The position numbers were made by a program, and so were the translations under genes. DNA of 62,469 nt, filler included, from Choristocarpus tenellus KU-1152 (lineage: Eukaryota > Protista > Phaeophyceae): the NCBI GenBank assembly GCA_964200185.2. It is 12 parts of 12 records of this genome, joined end to end, with 100 filler letters (N's around TTAATTAATTAA, not from the genome) between each part and the next. Parts side by side here need not be neighbours in the genome. Positions count along the whole stretch, not along the records: positions 37,762 to 43,107 come from CAXNAD020011075.1; positions 43,208 to 47,088 come from CAXNAD020017403.1; positions 47,189 to 54,066 come from CAXNAD020007156.1; 9 more parts are not named here. One strand, given 5' to 3'. Below are positions 38,735-50,300 of this stretch, piece after piece (the first letter of the stretch is position 1; each line of letters starts with the position of its first letter). The notes beneath the pieces were generated by a model, which worked only from the letters and a program-made list of their open reading frames with translations, was not told the DNA's origin and searched no databases.

Positions 38735-41700
38735 ATGGCCCAAACGCGGAACGCGTTGGTGATTGCGGGGATAGCTCTGATTGGTCTTGGTGTCGTGACT
38801 ATCCCCAACTATAGTTTGCAACCAGTTGCTGAAGAGTCGAGAGGAATTGGACGCGAGGGAGGAGAAGGTTTTCCGAAGCTGGCATCAGGATTGCGGAGAC
38901 TTGGGGGTGGTGGAATACCTGGAGACGGCCATACGCCGTTTTTTTCTGACGATGAGGGGGGAGGTGTGGGAGACTGGATCGTGGACGGATCACCAAAAGA
39001 TGACTCGCATTTCGGGGATGGGACTGGCAGGCACCACTGGCACAAACCACTCCATCCAGTCAATTCTTGGGATGTGCTAGGAGTCGGTCTCGCTATGATA
39101 GGTCTTATGATAGCAGCGGCTGGGGGTATTGGCGGCGGGGGTATATTGGTGCCCCTATATATCTTGGTGCTGCAGTTTGACCCCAAGCACGCAATCCCGC
39201 TCTCCAACATAACCATCTTTGGTGGGGCAATCACCAATACCTTACTCAACCTAAGCAAGCGACACCCGGATGCTGATCGACCGCTTGTGGACTGGGATCT
39301 TATTCTCGTGATGGAGCCGCTGACCATTGGCGGTGCTCTGGTCGGAAGCTTCATCAACAAGGTGAATCGAAGATCCAGGTATCCCAGATGTTAGCTTGGT
39401 CACCTTGTCAAACCTTTGAATCCTTCTTATCTATTTGCTCTAACGGTTGTGATGCCCAGGTCCTACCAGACTACATCCTGGCCGTGATGTTGATAGTCTT
39501 GCTGGCTGCCACAGCTAACCGCACCTTGAGGAAGGGGTTCAAGGCCTACAACAAGGAGACCAAGATGTTACAGGTGAAAAGAAGTTGGTACGGTTTCCGA
39601 GGAGATTGCAACGAAAAGACTGACTATATTGCTGTTTTTGTCGGTTCACATTTAGTAGGGAAGGTTTCACACTCCGAGCCAGCAAGTTCCTCATCCTTTG
39701 CATGCCATTGTTAACTCTGTGGTGAGAGGATTGTTTTTTGAGGGATTCAATTTCATGGCTAACCCTCCTACTTATACTGCTCCTCGTCAATTACCCATGT
39801 TACATGCTTGAGAGGCTTGGAGTTTATTCTGTCTTTCAAGTAGGATAAGGTATTTCATTGCCTTCAATATTAGATGATGCAAATACGCCCCACCTAAGTA
39901 GTACCAAGGCCATGTCCGAGGTATTCAGATCCTTTCAATGGAGAATTGAACACCAGATACCACATTTTTATCTAGATCCATAAATCAAGTATCAAGAAAA
40001 TCTCATTTCCCCCCATACTCCCTGTGGCAAAACCAACCGAAAACCAGTTTCACTTCGATCACCGTTTATTTTTTATTTTTTATTTTTGCAACTGAGTGTC
40101 ATGATACTACTACCCTGTTTCTAATATGCCCACTTTGATTTTTGATGATATGATCTGCCACCCCGGTACACAATCCCTTTTTTAATTTTTTAATTGCCTT
40201 GTGCCACTAATGTTTGTTGCTAAGGGGTCTCGTCACCCTGCATGGCGATACTCTCCTGTTCCAGGCTGTAGGCTGCTCTTGATGTGTCAGTAACCCTAAC
40301 CCTTTATTCTCGTCCGTTCTCCAATGTGTGCTGTACGTGTGTATGTGTGCTTGAAACCTGTATGGAAAGGAGGAGGCCATGAACACGGGTAGCGAGCTCA
40401 CCACTGTCCATGAAAACCTTCAAGAGGAGGACTTGGCAGATGAAGGACAAGCTTTGCTGGCAGAATCACAAAAGGTGTGCAGTCCTTGTCATTCTGGAAG
40501 CTGAGGGCTCTGACTTCTTTTTTTTCTGTGCTTGACGGGGATGGTTGAAGAAAGAGTTTTTATTTGTGGGGGAAGGGGAGAGTTTACTTGCCCGTTTATT
40601 GGGCCATCTTTGGAGGATGAAATCAGTGCAACCTTGTCCTGGCTCGTTGTGTCTATGATGACGTCTTACCAGGATTGTTTTTGTGGTCTTGGTCTTGTTT
40701 GTTTTTTTCAGCTACCCTCAAACAGACAATAATACTGCTGTTGTTTTCTATTGTTTGTATTTGACTGTTCTGACTGGACATGATTGTGTTATTATTTTGG
40801 CGGATGTGCTTAATTGACTCCTTTTTTGTGTCATCTTCTTCAATCAAATTTCTGTAGTTCCAATTTATACGTTGTTCCTTGGGTCACCCGCTCACTCTAT
40901 CTAGTCAGTCAGAATGTTCTGCATATCTGTCCCTCAAAGACTGCAAAGGTTTCAAACTCGTATATGCAGGTTCCCACCCCCCAGTAGTTAATCACTTGTG
41001 AAGTGAAAATTATTGACTCAACCATTGGATTTTTTTGAAAAGGATTATGCAGTAAGGGAAGGGAAGCTCAGGTTGTGCTTGTCTCCTGCCTCAGGTCCCT
41101 CCATCTTCTGGTTCTTCTTGTTTGCTTTAAGATAGGAGATTGTTTCAAGAGCGTTCTCCTCTACTGTTTTGTCGCATGTTTTAATTATTTTTGCTCGCTT
41201 GTTGTATTGACTAGAAAAATATTTATCGCAAAGCATTTTCTTTGTATTGTACCAATAGAAAAATCAGTATTTAAAGAAAAAAATAACACAAAACAGAAAA
41301 GTGCCACTTTTTTTGTTTTTCTGCTTATTTTTTTATAACTCTTTTGTTCGAAAAAAAAAAAGTAACAGTATTGATCGCGTTACCCCTTACCTGTTGTGCG
41401 TGCTGTTGGTCTATGCGTCTAGAATGTTGTTGGCGATCCGGAGTTTGATGACAAGGCCTTTGAGCTGAAGCAAATATTGGATGAGGAGAGGTTTACCCCA
41501 CTGTTCAAGGTATGACCTAGTTTTGTCCAGGAAGCAAGGGGGGACAGGGGTAAAGGAGGCAAAGGAGAGGGCGAGGGGAGGAATAGATGCTACTTAAGTT
41601 CACTTTGGGGAAGTTGAGGCCTGGTACTCATGTTTGGGACTAGTCTTCCTCTTGACATTACTCCAGTGCTTACGATGTTTGCGGGCCAACTCTGAATATG

Positions 41701-43048
41701 AACAGTTTTGTGGTTGACATCGGTGCACTGTAGCTGAGAGAGATGAAATGCATTTAACACTTGGGGGACGAAGGGTCCAAGGGCAGGGGGGGTGGAAGAA
41801 AGAAGCATGCCTTAGAGGATTTAGTTGTTTTTTTTACTGACGTGGTGTTGTGGGACTGGTTGATCGCATCCCTTGTGAATCTGAACCTTTTTTCTTTATT
41901 GTCCAGAAGCCTCACATGCATCATGTCTTGTATGACTTTGGGGGAGGCTGTTACGGTGTCTTTCTTAGGACAGTTACAAGATGGTATCATTTGGACAGTT
42001 ACAAGATGGTATCATTTGGTTTGAGTGATGGGCATGTATGCTGGTAATATTATCAGCATGTTCTGGGAAGAGTCACATGTTAAATAAGTCAAAGAGGTTG
42101 AAATCACAGAAAGGGTTGGCGGGATGCAGTCAATTCTGTGTCCTGTGGTGGTGAACAGTCAGGGTTTTGACTGTTTGTCCTGATTTTTTGCCCCACCCTC
42201 AGTAGTGTTGGCACTTGTTTACCCCCTCTCTTATCTTTGCTTATGGCATCTCTTATGACAAGGTATTTGGGTGTGTATATGTTTTTTGTCTCAACAGAGA
42301 TACAGGGTGAATTTTCTGTTTGCTTTCAGAATATTCCACATCAAGATGCAGTGGGGGGATGTGTCTCTCTTCCCCCCCCCCCCCTCACCATGCAGGCGGG
42401 GTTAAATTTGTACATGTGTTGCTGTTTTTGGTGAGGATTTTATTGGGAAGATAANNNNNNNNNNGCTTTCAGAATATTCCACATCAAGATGCAGTGGGGG
42501 GATGTGTCTCTCTTCCCCCCCCCCCCTCACCATGCAGTCGTGTGTAAATTTGATCATGTGTTGCTGTTGTAGATGAGTATTTGATTGAGAAGATAAGGCT
42601 TATTGCACAGACTAGTCTGATTGAGATGATAAGGCTTATTGCACTGACTAGTCTGGTCAATGCAAGCATATGTCTTGGGTCAACGAGCAGATGTCTCTAT
42701 GCAGATATCACTGACTGCTCTTTCCCTCCCCCCTCCCATGTTGTATTGTGTGTTGATTATTACGCCTTGTTTAGATTGATTTGCAATACCCACATACTCA
42801 TTGCTTTTTGTGACATGAATGGTATGACTCACTCCCCTTTCCCATCCATGTTTCTAATTACCATGGTCAATATCTGTGTATGGGTGTTGTCAGGTGGGGA
42901 CCTTGACAGGTGTGTTTATCATTGTCCTTGCCGTGAACCTTCTCAAGGGGGGTGGGGCCTTCCCCAGCCCTCTGGGCATCAAGTGCGGTTCTTATGCATT
43001 CTGGGGATCTACTGTGTTCATATTTATATGGGTACTACTTGTGTCCTG
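38735..43048 (+). CDS. TauE/SafE-family (sulfite exporter-like) membrane protein, first five exons
   Basis: Exons 38735-39361, 39460-39573, 40370-40474, 41423-41509 and 42894-43048 splice in frame. Motifs: AAAGGIGGGGILVP, AIPLSNITIFGG, RHP...RPLVDWDLILVMEP, NLLKGGG...SPLGIKCGS. N-terminal hydrophobic segment; the 3' part is off the contig. Confidence 0.9.
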
Positions 43049-44813
43049 GTGAGCGCTGAAAGGGTAGAGGGGGGTGGGGGGGGGGGTTAACACTGATGTA
43101 CCTCCAGNNNNNNNNNNNNNNNNNNNNNNNNNNNNNNNNNNNNNNNNNNNNTTAATTAATTAANNNNNNNNNNNNNNNNNNNNNNNNNNNNNNNNNNNNN
43201 NNNNNNNTGTAAGTACACTTTTCCTGGTTTTCGTCCAAATGGACACCCTGGTGTAGCCCCCCCCCCTCCCTCCCAGATACTTTGGGTCTGACTACAAGCC
43301 ATAAAACACCACTCCCAGGAAAGCTCGTAATTACAATGTGTGTATACACTGCTGCTATGCCTCCAACCTAGCTTAGCCCTATACCAAAGGGTGAGGAGCT
43401 AGGGAAGCATCCCACTGAAATATCCCATTGAAATAATGAAGTAACGGTACGGTATTTGTGGTGTTTCCACGGTGCGGTACGATAGAGATTTACCGTGATC
43501 AGGTACTACGGTAAATCATTGTATGGCGTGTTCTTTTTGCCAAATACCGTACTCATTACCACCGTAGTCACAAATGTCACGAGCCTTGATCTGATCGAAA
43601 CCAGTTTTTTTTTGCAACGAAATCTGGTGTCCACCTCAACAAAGGCCCCACCGGTTCTACAGATGCAAGACATTCCCTGGTACCCCCCCCCTGTGCCATT
43701 TTTCTTGGTGTTGGTGGAGTACTGTGGATGCTAGCTAGTGAAACCTTTCCCAGCACAGACCACAAAGATCAGCTCTATGCCTTCCTTCCTGCTGTTGCTC
43801 TAGCACTGTGACACCTTAGTGGTGGAAGCCCTCCTTCTCTGTTACTACGGTATGCATTGCTACGTATTATCCTTCACTTTTGTCTGGGGATAATCCTGAC
43901 TTGTGGTCAGAGATACAACATACACACTGCGCTACTTCTCATGCAAACTACTGGCTGACTGTTACTGCACTGCAACTAAATTGTGCTGCATCCATTTGTG
44001 CCTTGCTTCTTGCATTTTAGGATCAGCCATAGGGCCACTCGTAACCCCACCTACACCCTCGAATCTTGTGCTGACCAACTCGGCATTGCTCGGCAATGAA
44101 GCCTTGCAACGCCATTCTTTGCCCGATATTTTTGTGGCATGCTGAAGATAAATTATTGTGATGGTATGATGGTAGTAAGTAATGTGGTTGAAGTTGCCTC
44201 ACGCCAAACCTTTTGTACAGATTTGTTCCAGATCATGTTCAAGACCACAATTGAAGTAGTAATATGCTCGTCACAATCACCTCTTCCTGATTCAAGTAAT
44301 AAAAAAAATGGTTCTCTAAACTTCCCACAGAAAAACCATGTACTTAGAAAGGTCCACAGCATGCGAATCGTGCGCAGGAATAATTTCGCGCGGTACCCCA
44401 GTGGTTGTTTTTGGCCCTTTCTGGACACTTGGTGGCATTGTATCAAGTACACTCCAACCTGCAAGGAGGATGTCATCAGTGTGAGGTCGTTTGTTAGCTC
44501 ACATATGAACTATTCTGTGTCAACGAAGGTTTTTGACACCTTCAAAACCACTCCAGGTGAAAACAGAACTTGTCCAAACCACCTACCTTCATAACCACTC
44601 CAAATGAAAAAGGAACCTGTCCTAACACCACTGTATCTCAGAAAAACTCAGGCACTGGCAACTCAGACACTGAGGAAATCTGAACATACACGCCGGCAGT
44701 GGGACTTCTATTCCTTGCATGCCGTGGCAACTTCAGCCCACATACCTTTCTTGACACAATGCATGATGTGGTGCAAGCGGTCCTTCCTAAATAATTTCTG
44801 AACAATGGCTGGA

Positions 44814-45018
44814 GAGTGAAACTATCTTAGAGGGTACGAAATTTTCCCTGTTTGTCCCTTTGAGGGGCTAGGCTTCCCATGGGTTTTATTATGACATTTT
44901 CCGACTCCAAAAAGTTTCGGAGTAGGTAAAATGTATACGTTATNNNNNNNNNNAAATCACAACATTGTATTTTGACCCCCAAATGGACGCGGCTCTACCC
45001 TCTAAGATACTTTGACTG
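44814..45018. mobile_element. MITE family 1, copy containing a 10-N gap
   Basis: TIRs present; flanks TGGA/TGGA (4-bp duplication, or 3 bp plus one extra base). Confidence 0.85.
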
Positions 45019-45835
45019 TGGAGTAACCCCAATCCCTATAAGGGAACGGAAAGCAGAATGGAACAGTCTTCCTCAATCCTGGAACTATGATGTTGAAGTT
45101 GCGCCTCACATTAGCGTTGCTATGTCCCCACAGCTTCTCAGTGGGGTTCAATTCACAATAGTAATTTGGGGGCATCAAACATTCCTCTCTGAGCCACTTG
45201 ATCAGAACCTCCACGGAGATTTGACTATCTAAAGGGCCGGTATTGAAGAAGAACATGAGTCCTGCTTAATGGCAAGTCCCTATTCTCACCCTTGCTACCG
45301 CTCTTTGTCATTCCTGTAGGGCACAACCCTCTTTCCTGCATCACTTGCTTCAGTCCATTCACTAGATTCATACATTCATCTTCAAGTATCCATGAACTGC
45401 TTACTGCGGGCCCTTCCCTGGACCAGAAATCAAGGCCTGTAAAGCTCCTGGCTTCATGAGAGGTATATCTGCAAGCAATGTGGCAGCGCCTTGTTCTCGT
45501 TCCTTGGACCTCCAATGTCGACATTTGCAAAGACCTGGAGGTGAGGAGGGCAGGACAATGTTCCCTCATGCAATTTCACCCCTGTACTGCATCAACAATT
45601 TCTTTCACTCCTCTTGTCCAATACTGCCAGGAGGATGCCTGCTCCCCTCCCTGTCACCTCCTCGAGTCTCCTCGGTGCTAGAGGGATCGGGGCAACATCG
45701 CCTGGAATGTGAACGGCAGGGATACACTCGTGGAGAGATGTTCACAACATCTGTTGTTAAGGCCCAGAGTGTCCCGGACGGTGATAGGTATTTAGGCCAG
45801 GTCGTCCATTCGGGGCTTGATGGGGTTGTGAGAAA
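45019..45835 (-). pseudogene. Decayed IS630/Tc1-like (DDE_3) transposase fragment
   Basis: GLKQVMQERGL and LMPPNYYCELNPTEKLWGHSNANVRRNF...GLRKTVP match the PKFHCELNPIE..WG motif; frameshifted; left boundary firm, right boundary approximate. Confidence 0.65.
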
Positions 45836-46093
45836 GATTCAAAGCATCTAAGAGGGTAGAGTCATGTCCGTTTGGGGTCAAAATCCAATTTGGTGATTTT
45901 GATGTCATTTTGGCTATCATGTCTGTTAGTAAGTGTCAATATCCTTGTTCTGGGCGCACCTTTTCATAACGTATACATTTTATCTACTCCGAAATATTTT
46001 GGAATACGAAAATGTCATTAAAAAAAACATGGGAAGTCAAGCCCCAAACGGACAAACAGGGCAAAAATCATACCCTCTAAGATGCTTTCACTC
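45836..46093. mobile_element. MITE family 1, full copy
   Basis: GATTCAAAGCATCT...AGATGCTTTCACTC; TSD AAA/AAA. Confidence 0.9.
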
Positions 46094-47385
46094 AAACATC
46101 CCATTTTTGATGCCCTTTATGAGGGAGATCCTCCTTTGGATTTGGTCCAGGTGAGGAATGGAAAAGGAAGGTATATCCAGATGAAGGAAATCGCCCTTAC
46201 ATCTGACACGTTCACTCAAATGACATAAGATCACTACAGAGTCACAAAGGCCCCGAATGGACGCCTTAACTCCCCACTAGGATGCTATAGACCTTAAGAC
46301 CCCAGAGTCTGCTGCCGCTTCCCGATACTGGACATCAATCTCTCAACGTCCAAGCATTAAATTTCTATTTGATTCAATATGGTTGATCCACACGTCCAAC
46401 CTCTCCTTCCTAGTGTCGACCTCTCCTTCACTTCATGCACTTCAGTCTGTGACTGGTCCACTTGATTGAGCGCAGGTCCCCTGGATGACATATGATGATC
46501 TTCAGGGCGTACCCTTCCCTCAATCCATCCTTTTGCACCGGTAGAATCACTATTGGGTGGTAGTGAATATGTCGTTGGGTGCTGTATGTGTCTTGCTCTA
46601 ATTGAAGAAACTAGTCAATCCTTGCAAAAACCTGGTAGGATTTGATCCGTTTCTCTAATATGTCACATCAGAAATCAAGTCAACAAATCGGATGAAAGGT
46701 TATGTGTGCTTGTTTTGATCACTAAACTGTGGAAATAGTTACCCACTTGTTACCCTTATTCCACACCTCCCTACCGTTCCAAACGTCACCCCAACAACCT
46801 TGTGCTACCAACAACACCAACATCAATCCATACTGCCATCAGGATATCCACTCCCAAAACACTCCACAATATTCCACTCCCTACCATACTAAATCTTTGA
46901 ACTAGAAGACATCTAGCCCGTCCTAGCTTGACCCCTCCCCCACACATCATCCCACTAAATTGTGAGCAAATCGAGAGGGTGGGTGGACGGGTGGGAAATA
47001 TTTTTTTTATTACCTTGAACATGCCTGGTTTTACCCTGGATCCAAAGTATCTTAGAGGGTAGAGCTGCGTCCATTTGGGGGTCAAAATNNNNNNNNNNNN
47101 NNNNNNNNNNNNNNNNNNNNNNNNNNNNNNNNTTAATTAATTAANNNNNNNNNNNNNNNNNNNNNNNNNNNNNNNNNNNNNNNNNNNNCACCCAAAAATC
47201 GCGACATGAAAAAATTGACCCCAAATGGACAGCCGCCACCCCCTCCCAGATACTTTGGGTCTGGAGTAGACCCCCTGTAAGATGCAATTGCTCCCTGGGA
47301 GATGGATGCACGCATGGTGCCGCAAGTCAAAGAGCCAGGACAAACACTCTCCAGTACGCCTATACATCCACCCACAAATACACAG

Positions 47386-50300
47386 GGCACGACACCTTGT
47401 GTCAAGCGGTAATGAGGGGGGATTGGTAGCCCTGTATGGGGGAGGTGGCTTGCTGACGTCAGACAAGAGTTTCGCCTGGGAAGCATCAACAGGGACCTTG
47501 TCCATCAAGCGCCTCCGTGCAACTGAGGTAGGTTCATATCGCAACCCTTTGTTGAACTCTTATGAACCGCAGACTTAGACTCAACCTTCTGTATCGATAT
47601 TGGGGGAAAGTAAGGCACCAAGGTGTAGAGACATGTCACTGCTGCAGGTTCCTCCTGGTGAATGTCACACCAGGGTATTTGGAGCTGAAGGTGAAAGAGT
47701 CAGGTATTTGAGAACATTTATTCCCATCTTCTCTCCCTGGACTGATCCTCTCACAGTAATTCCCAGGTGTAACCCCTTTCTCCGTTAAGATTACCCCCAC
47801 ATTCTCATCCTGACCCCAAGGTCCCCTTTGTATAGATATTTGGTTTGGACTGGAAAGCACAATGGGCTGCTTCACTTGCATTGCAAAAGACATTGGGCTC
47901 TATACCACTCTGGATCTCTACCCTTTTTTTCACCCCTGCAATGATGATTATGGTGCTATCTGCCTCTCACGAACTATGGACAACAATACCTTGTGAAATT
48001 TTTTAGGTTGCAGGAGGTCTGGACTTCAAGGGAAATCATGCCCGAAATGTGGCCCTTGTCAACGCCACCATTGACCGCCTTCCATTTCTCAAGGTCAGAA
48101 GCAGTTACACACATAACAATTATGGGGTAAAAGAGTATGGCGACATGGTTGCGGTGGGATAGAAACACCAAAAGAAAGAGTTCATTATTTTTGTGTTTCA
48201 CTGCTTGTGCCACTGGATTGTGACTCTGTCTTCTGGAATAACAGAGACAAAGCTGGAGGACAAAACCTGGGAAACAGGATAGCATGGGGGACAGGATTTA
48301 CCAGTTTTTTTCCCATGGTGTATATTGATGGTCTGCTCACGGATGTTCTTGAGGTTCTCACCAGGGCTTGGCCCAGAGATGAACGAATTGTCATGACTTG
48401 GCAAAGGCCGACATCTCATGATACTTATGCCAATATTCCCCTTGTACACTACAAAAATATAACATTGCACCTAAAGACTAATAGGCTGATGGTGGAAACA
48501 GCTGCCAATGCTGCTGTAAAGGCTGGAGGGAAAGGCAATGGCGGAGGTCCACTGGGTGTTGCCGTCCTAGATGGGAATGGAGAGTTATCTCGATCTGAAG
48601 ATCTCCACCTCCTGGAGGGGGGGATTGTGGGGCTTGGGTTTCTAGGTCCCCACGTCCAGGCAGGGGACATTGATTTTCAGGTAGTCACTGTGAGAGGAGC
48701 CGTAGGATAGTATAGTAGAAGTTTGTTGAAGTTGTTTCTATGCTGTTGTCATTTTATTTGGTGTAAGTTATATTGGCTTCAATATTCTTTTTTTTTGTTT
48801 CTTTGAATATAGTCATATTGTGTGCGGAGAGCAAGAGGAGAGGTGCACAAAGCACTTGCACATGAGAGAAAGAAAAAAATCTCCCTAGATTTTCAGTTTC
48901 AAATGATCACATCTTAACCTTTTTTTTTTCCTGATTCAGTCGCTATGTTTCATACAATACTAATCCTTTCCATAACTAACCCAGAGGACATAGACAATAC
49001 CCTTCTATGAGACTTTTCCCCTGTCGATTAAGTGCACGAAGGGAGATTAGAGTCACATAGTAATGATGAGGGATCACTGAGAGCTGTCAATTATCTGCTA
49101 CATAGAATGTACGGACAGCTTACTATTGCATATAGCGGAAAAATAGACTTCTCCTCACCTGTGACTAGATGAATGAAGCAATCTCCCTCTCCTCTCAGAA
49201 ACACCCGAAAGTCCTGTGCAGCCAAACCTCATCACTGCCTTGCTTGTTTGCCTGACTGTGTGGGACAGGGTCACGGAGTACGAAATCTTAGCCTGTCGGA
49301 GGTTTCTAGCCTCAGAGGTCTTAGGAGATTAGAAGTGGAGGAGCTCTACCTTCCCAGCCCCCTTCCTTTCTCCTCTGCATCCTCTCCTGTGATGGTACTT
49401 GGGGAGGGGGGCAGGATTGTTGCTGCTCCGGGTGAGCTCTCAGTAGAATCGGACCCAGGTGGGAGTACCATCTGGCTGAAGCGTGTCTCTGGTCACAACG
49501 TCACGGGCACACTCAATCTCATGGGGAATAGCCTGAGGAATGCTATGTTGGAGGACATTAATGTCAGGTCTGGAGGACATTTGGAGGAGGAATGGAAGAA
49601 TGAGAGTGTAGGGGACGGGTTCAACTGTGAATCTTTCCGGTGGCATTTTTCTTTTCTCTAGATAACTTTTTTCTTTGCATGGAAGGCATGTTTTTTTCCC
49701 TTCCTTATTTTCCTTTCCAATGCTAGAGATGACTAAAACCTTAGCCCTCAACGCCTTCTATTGTACTCTGGAGTACATTAGTTCCCTCTTTTTGCCGTCT
49801 ACCTGCTCTTCTAATATTGATGTGACAAAATTTTTACAATCCCCATTTTCCGCCCTTCATACATTCTTGATTCATTCTGAGGGAGGCAGAGGGGTTGTAC
49901 CCAAGTTGGAGGTTCGTGAGCTGACTCTCTCTGCCAGCAGGGATACCTCCCGGCCCAGGCAAAGCTCCTTGGCAGTTGTGGATGAAATGGGAAGGATATT
50001 GTCAACAGAGGGTCTGCGATGGGTAGGGGAGGGAGAGGGGGGTGAAGGGGGAAAGCTTGAGGGTCTGCGGAGGTTAGGAGGGGGATTAACACTGGAAGGG
50101 GACCTAGACATGGGAGGGAACCGTGTTCTCAACTTTGACATGGGAATTCCGGACTTTGACAAGCTTGAGGTGTGTTCATTGATATGAATGTCACCGTGGT
50201 GAGGGACTAGGGTGAAGGGACAATGAAGGTGTACATCGAATCATACTAGGGTCATGCAAGTGAAATGGAGATGATGATATTTGCATGTATTGCCCCTTCA

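Noticed and set aside
38799-39360. Long antisense ORFs overlapping real exons (also 27858-28620, 49811-50162, 50555-51205, 52388-52943)
   Set aside because: Shadow frames of GC-rich coding exons.
42322-42570. ~100-bp direct duplication around a 10-N gap
   Set aside because: Most likely an unmerged scaffold overlap.
44814-46093. Composite transposon: two inverted MITEs flanking a DDE fragment
   Set aside because: Each MITE has its own TSD (TGGA; AAA), so they are independent insertions. Tc1-like enzymes make TA duplications, so this is unlikely to be the autonomous partner.
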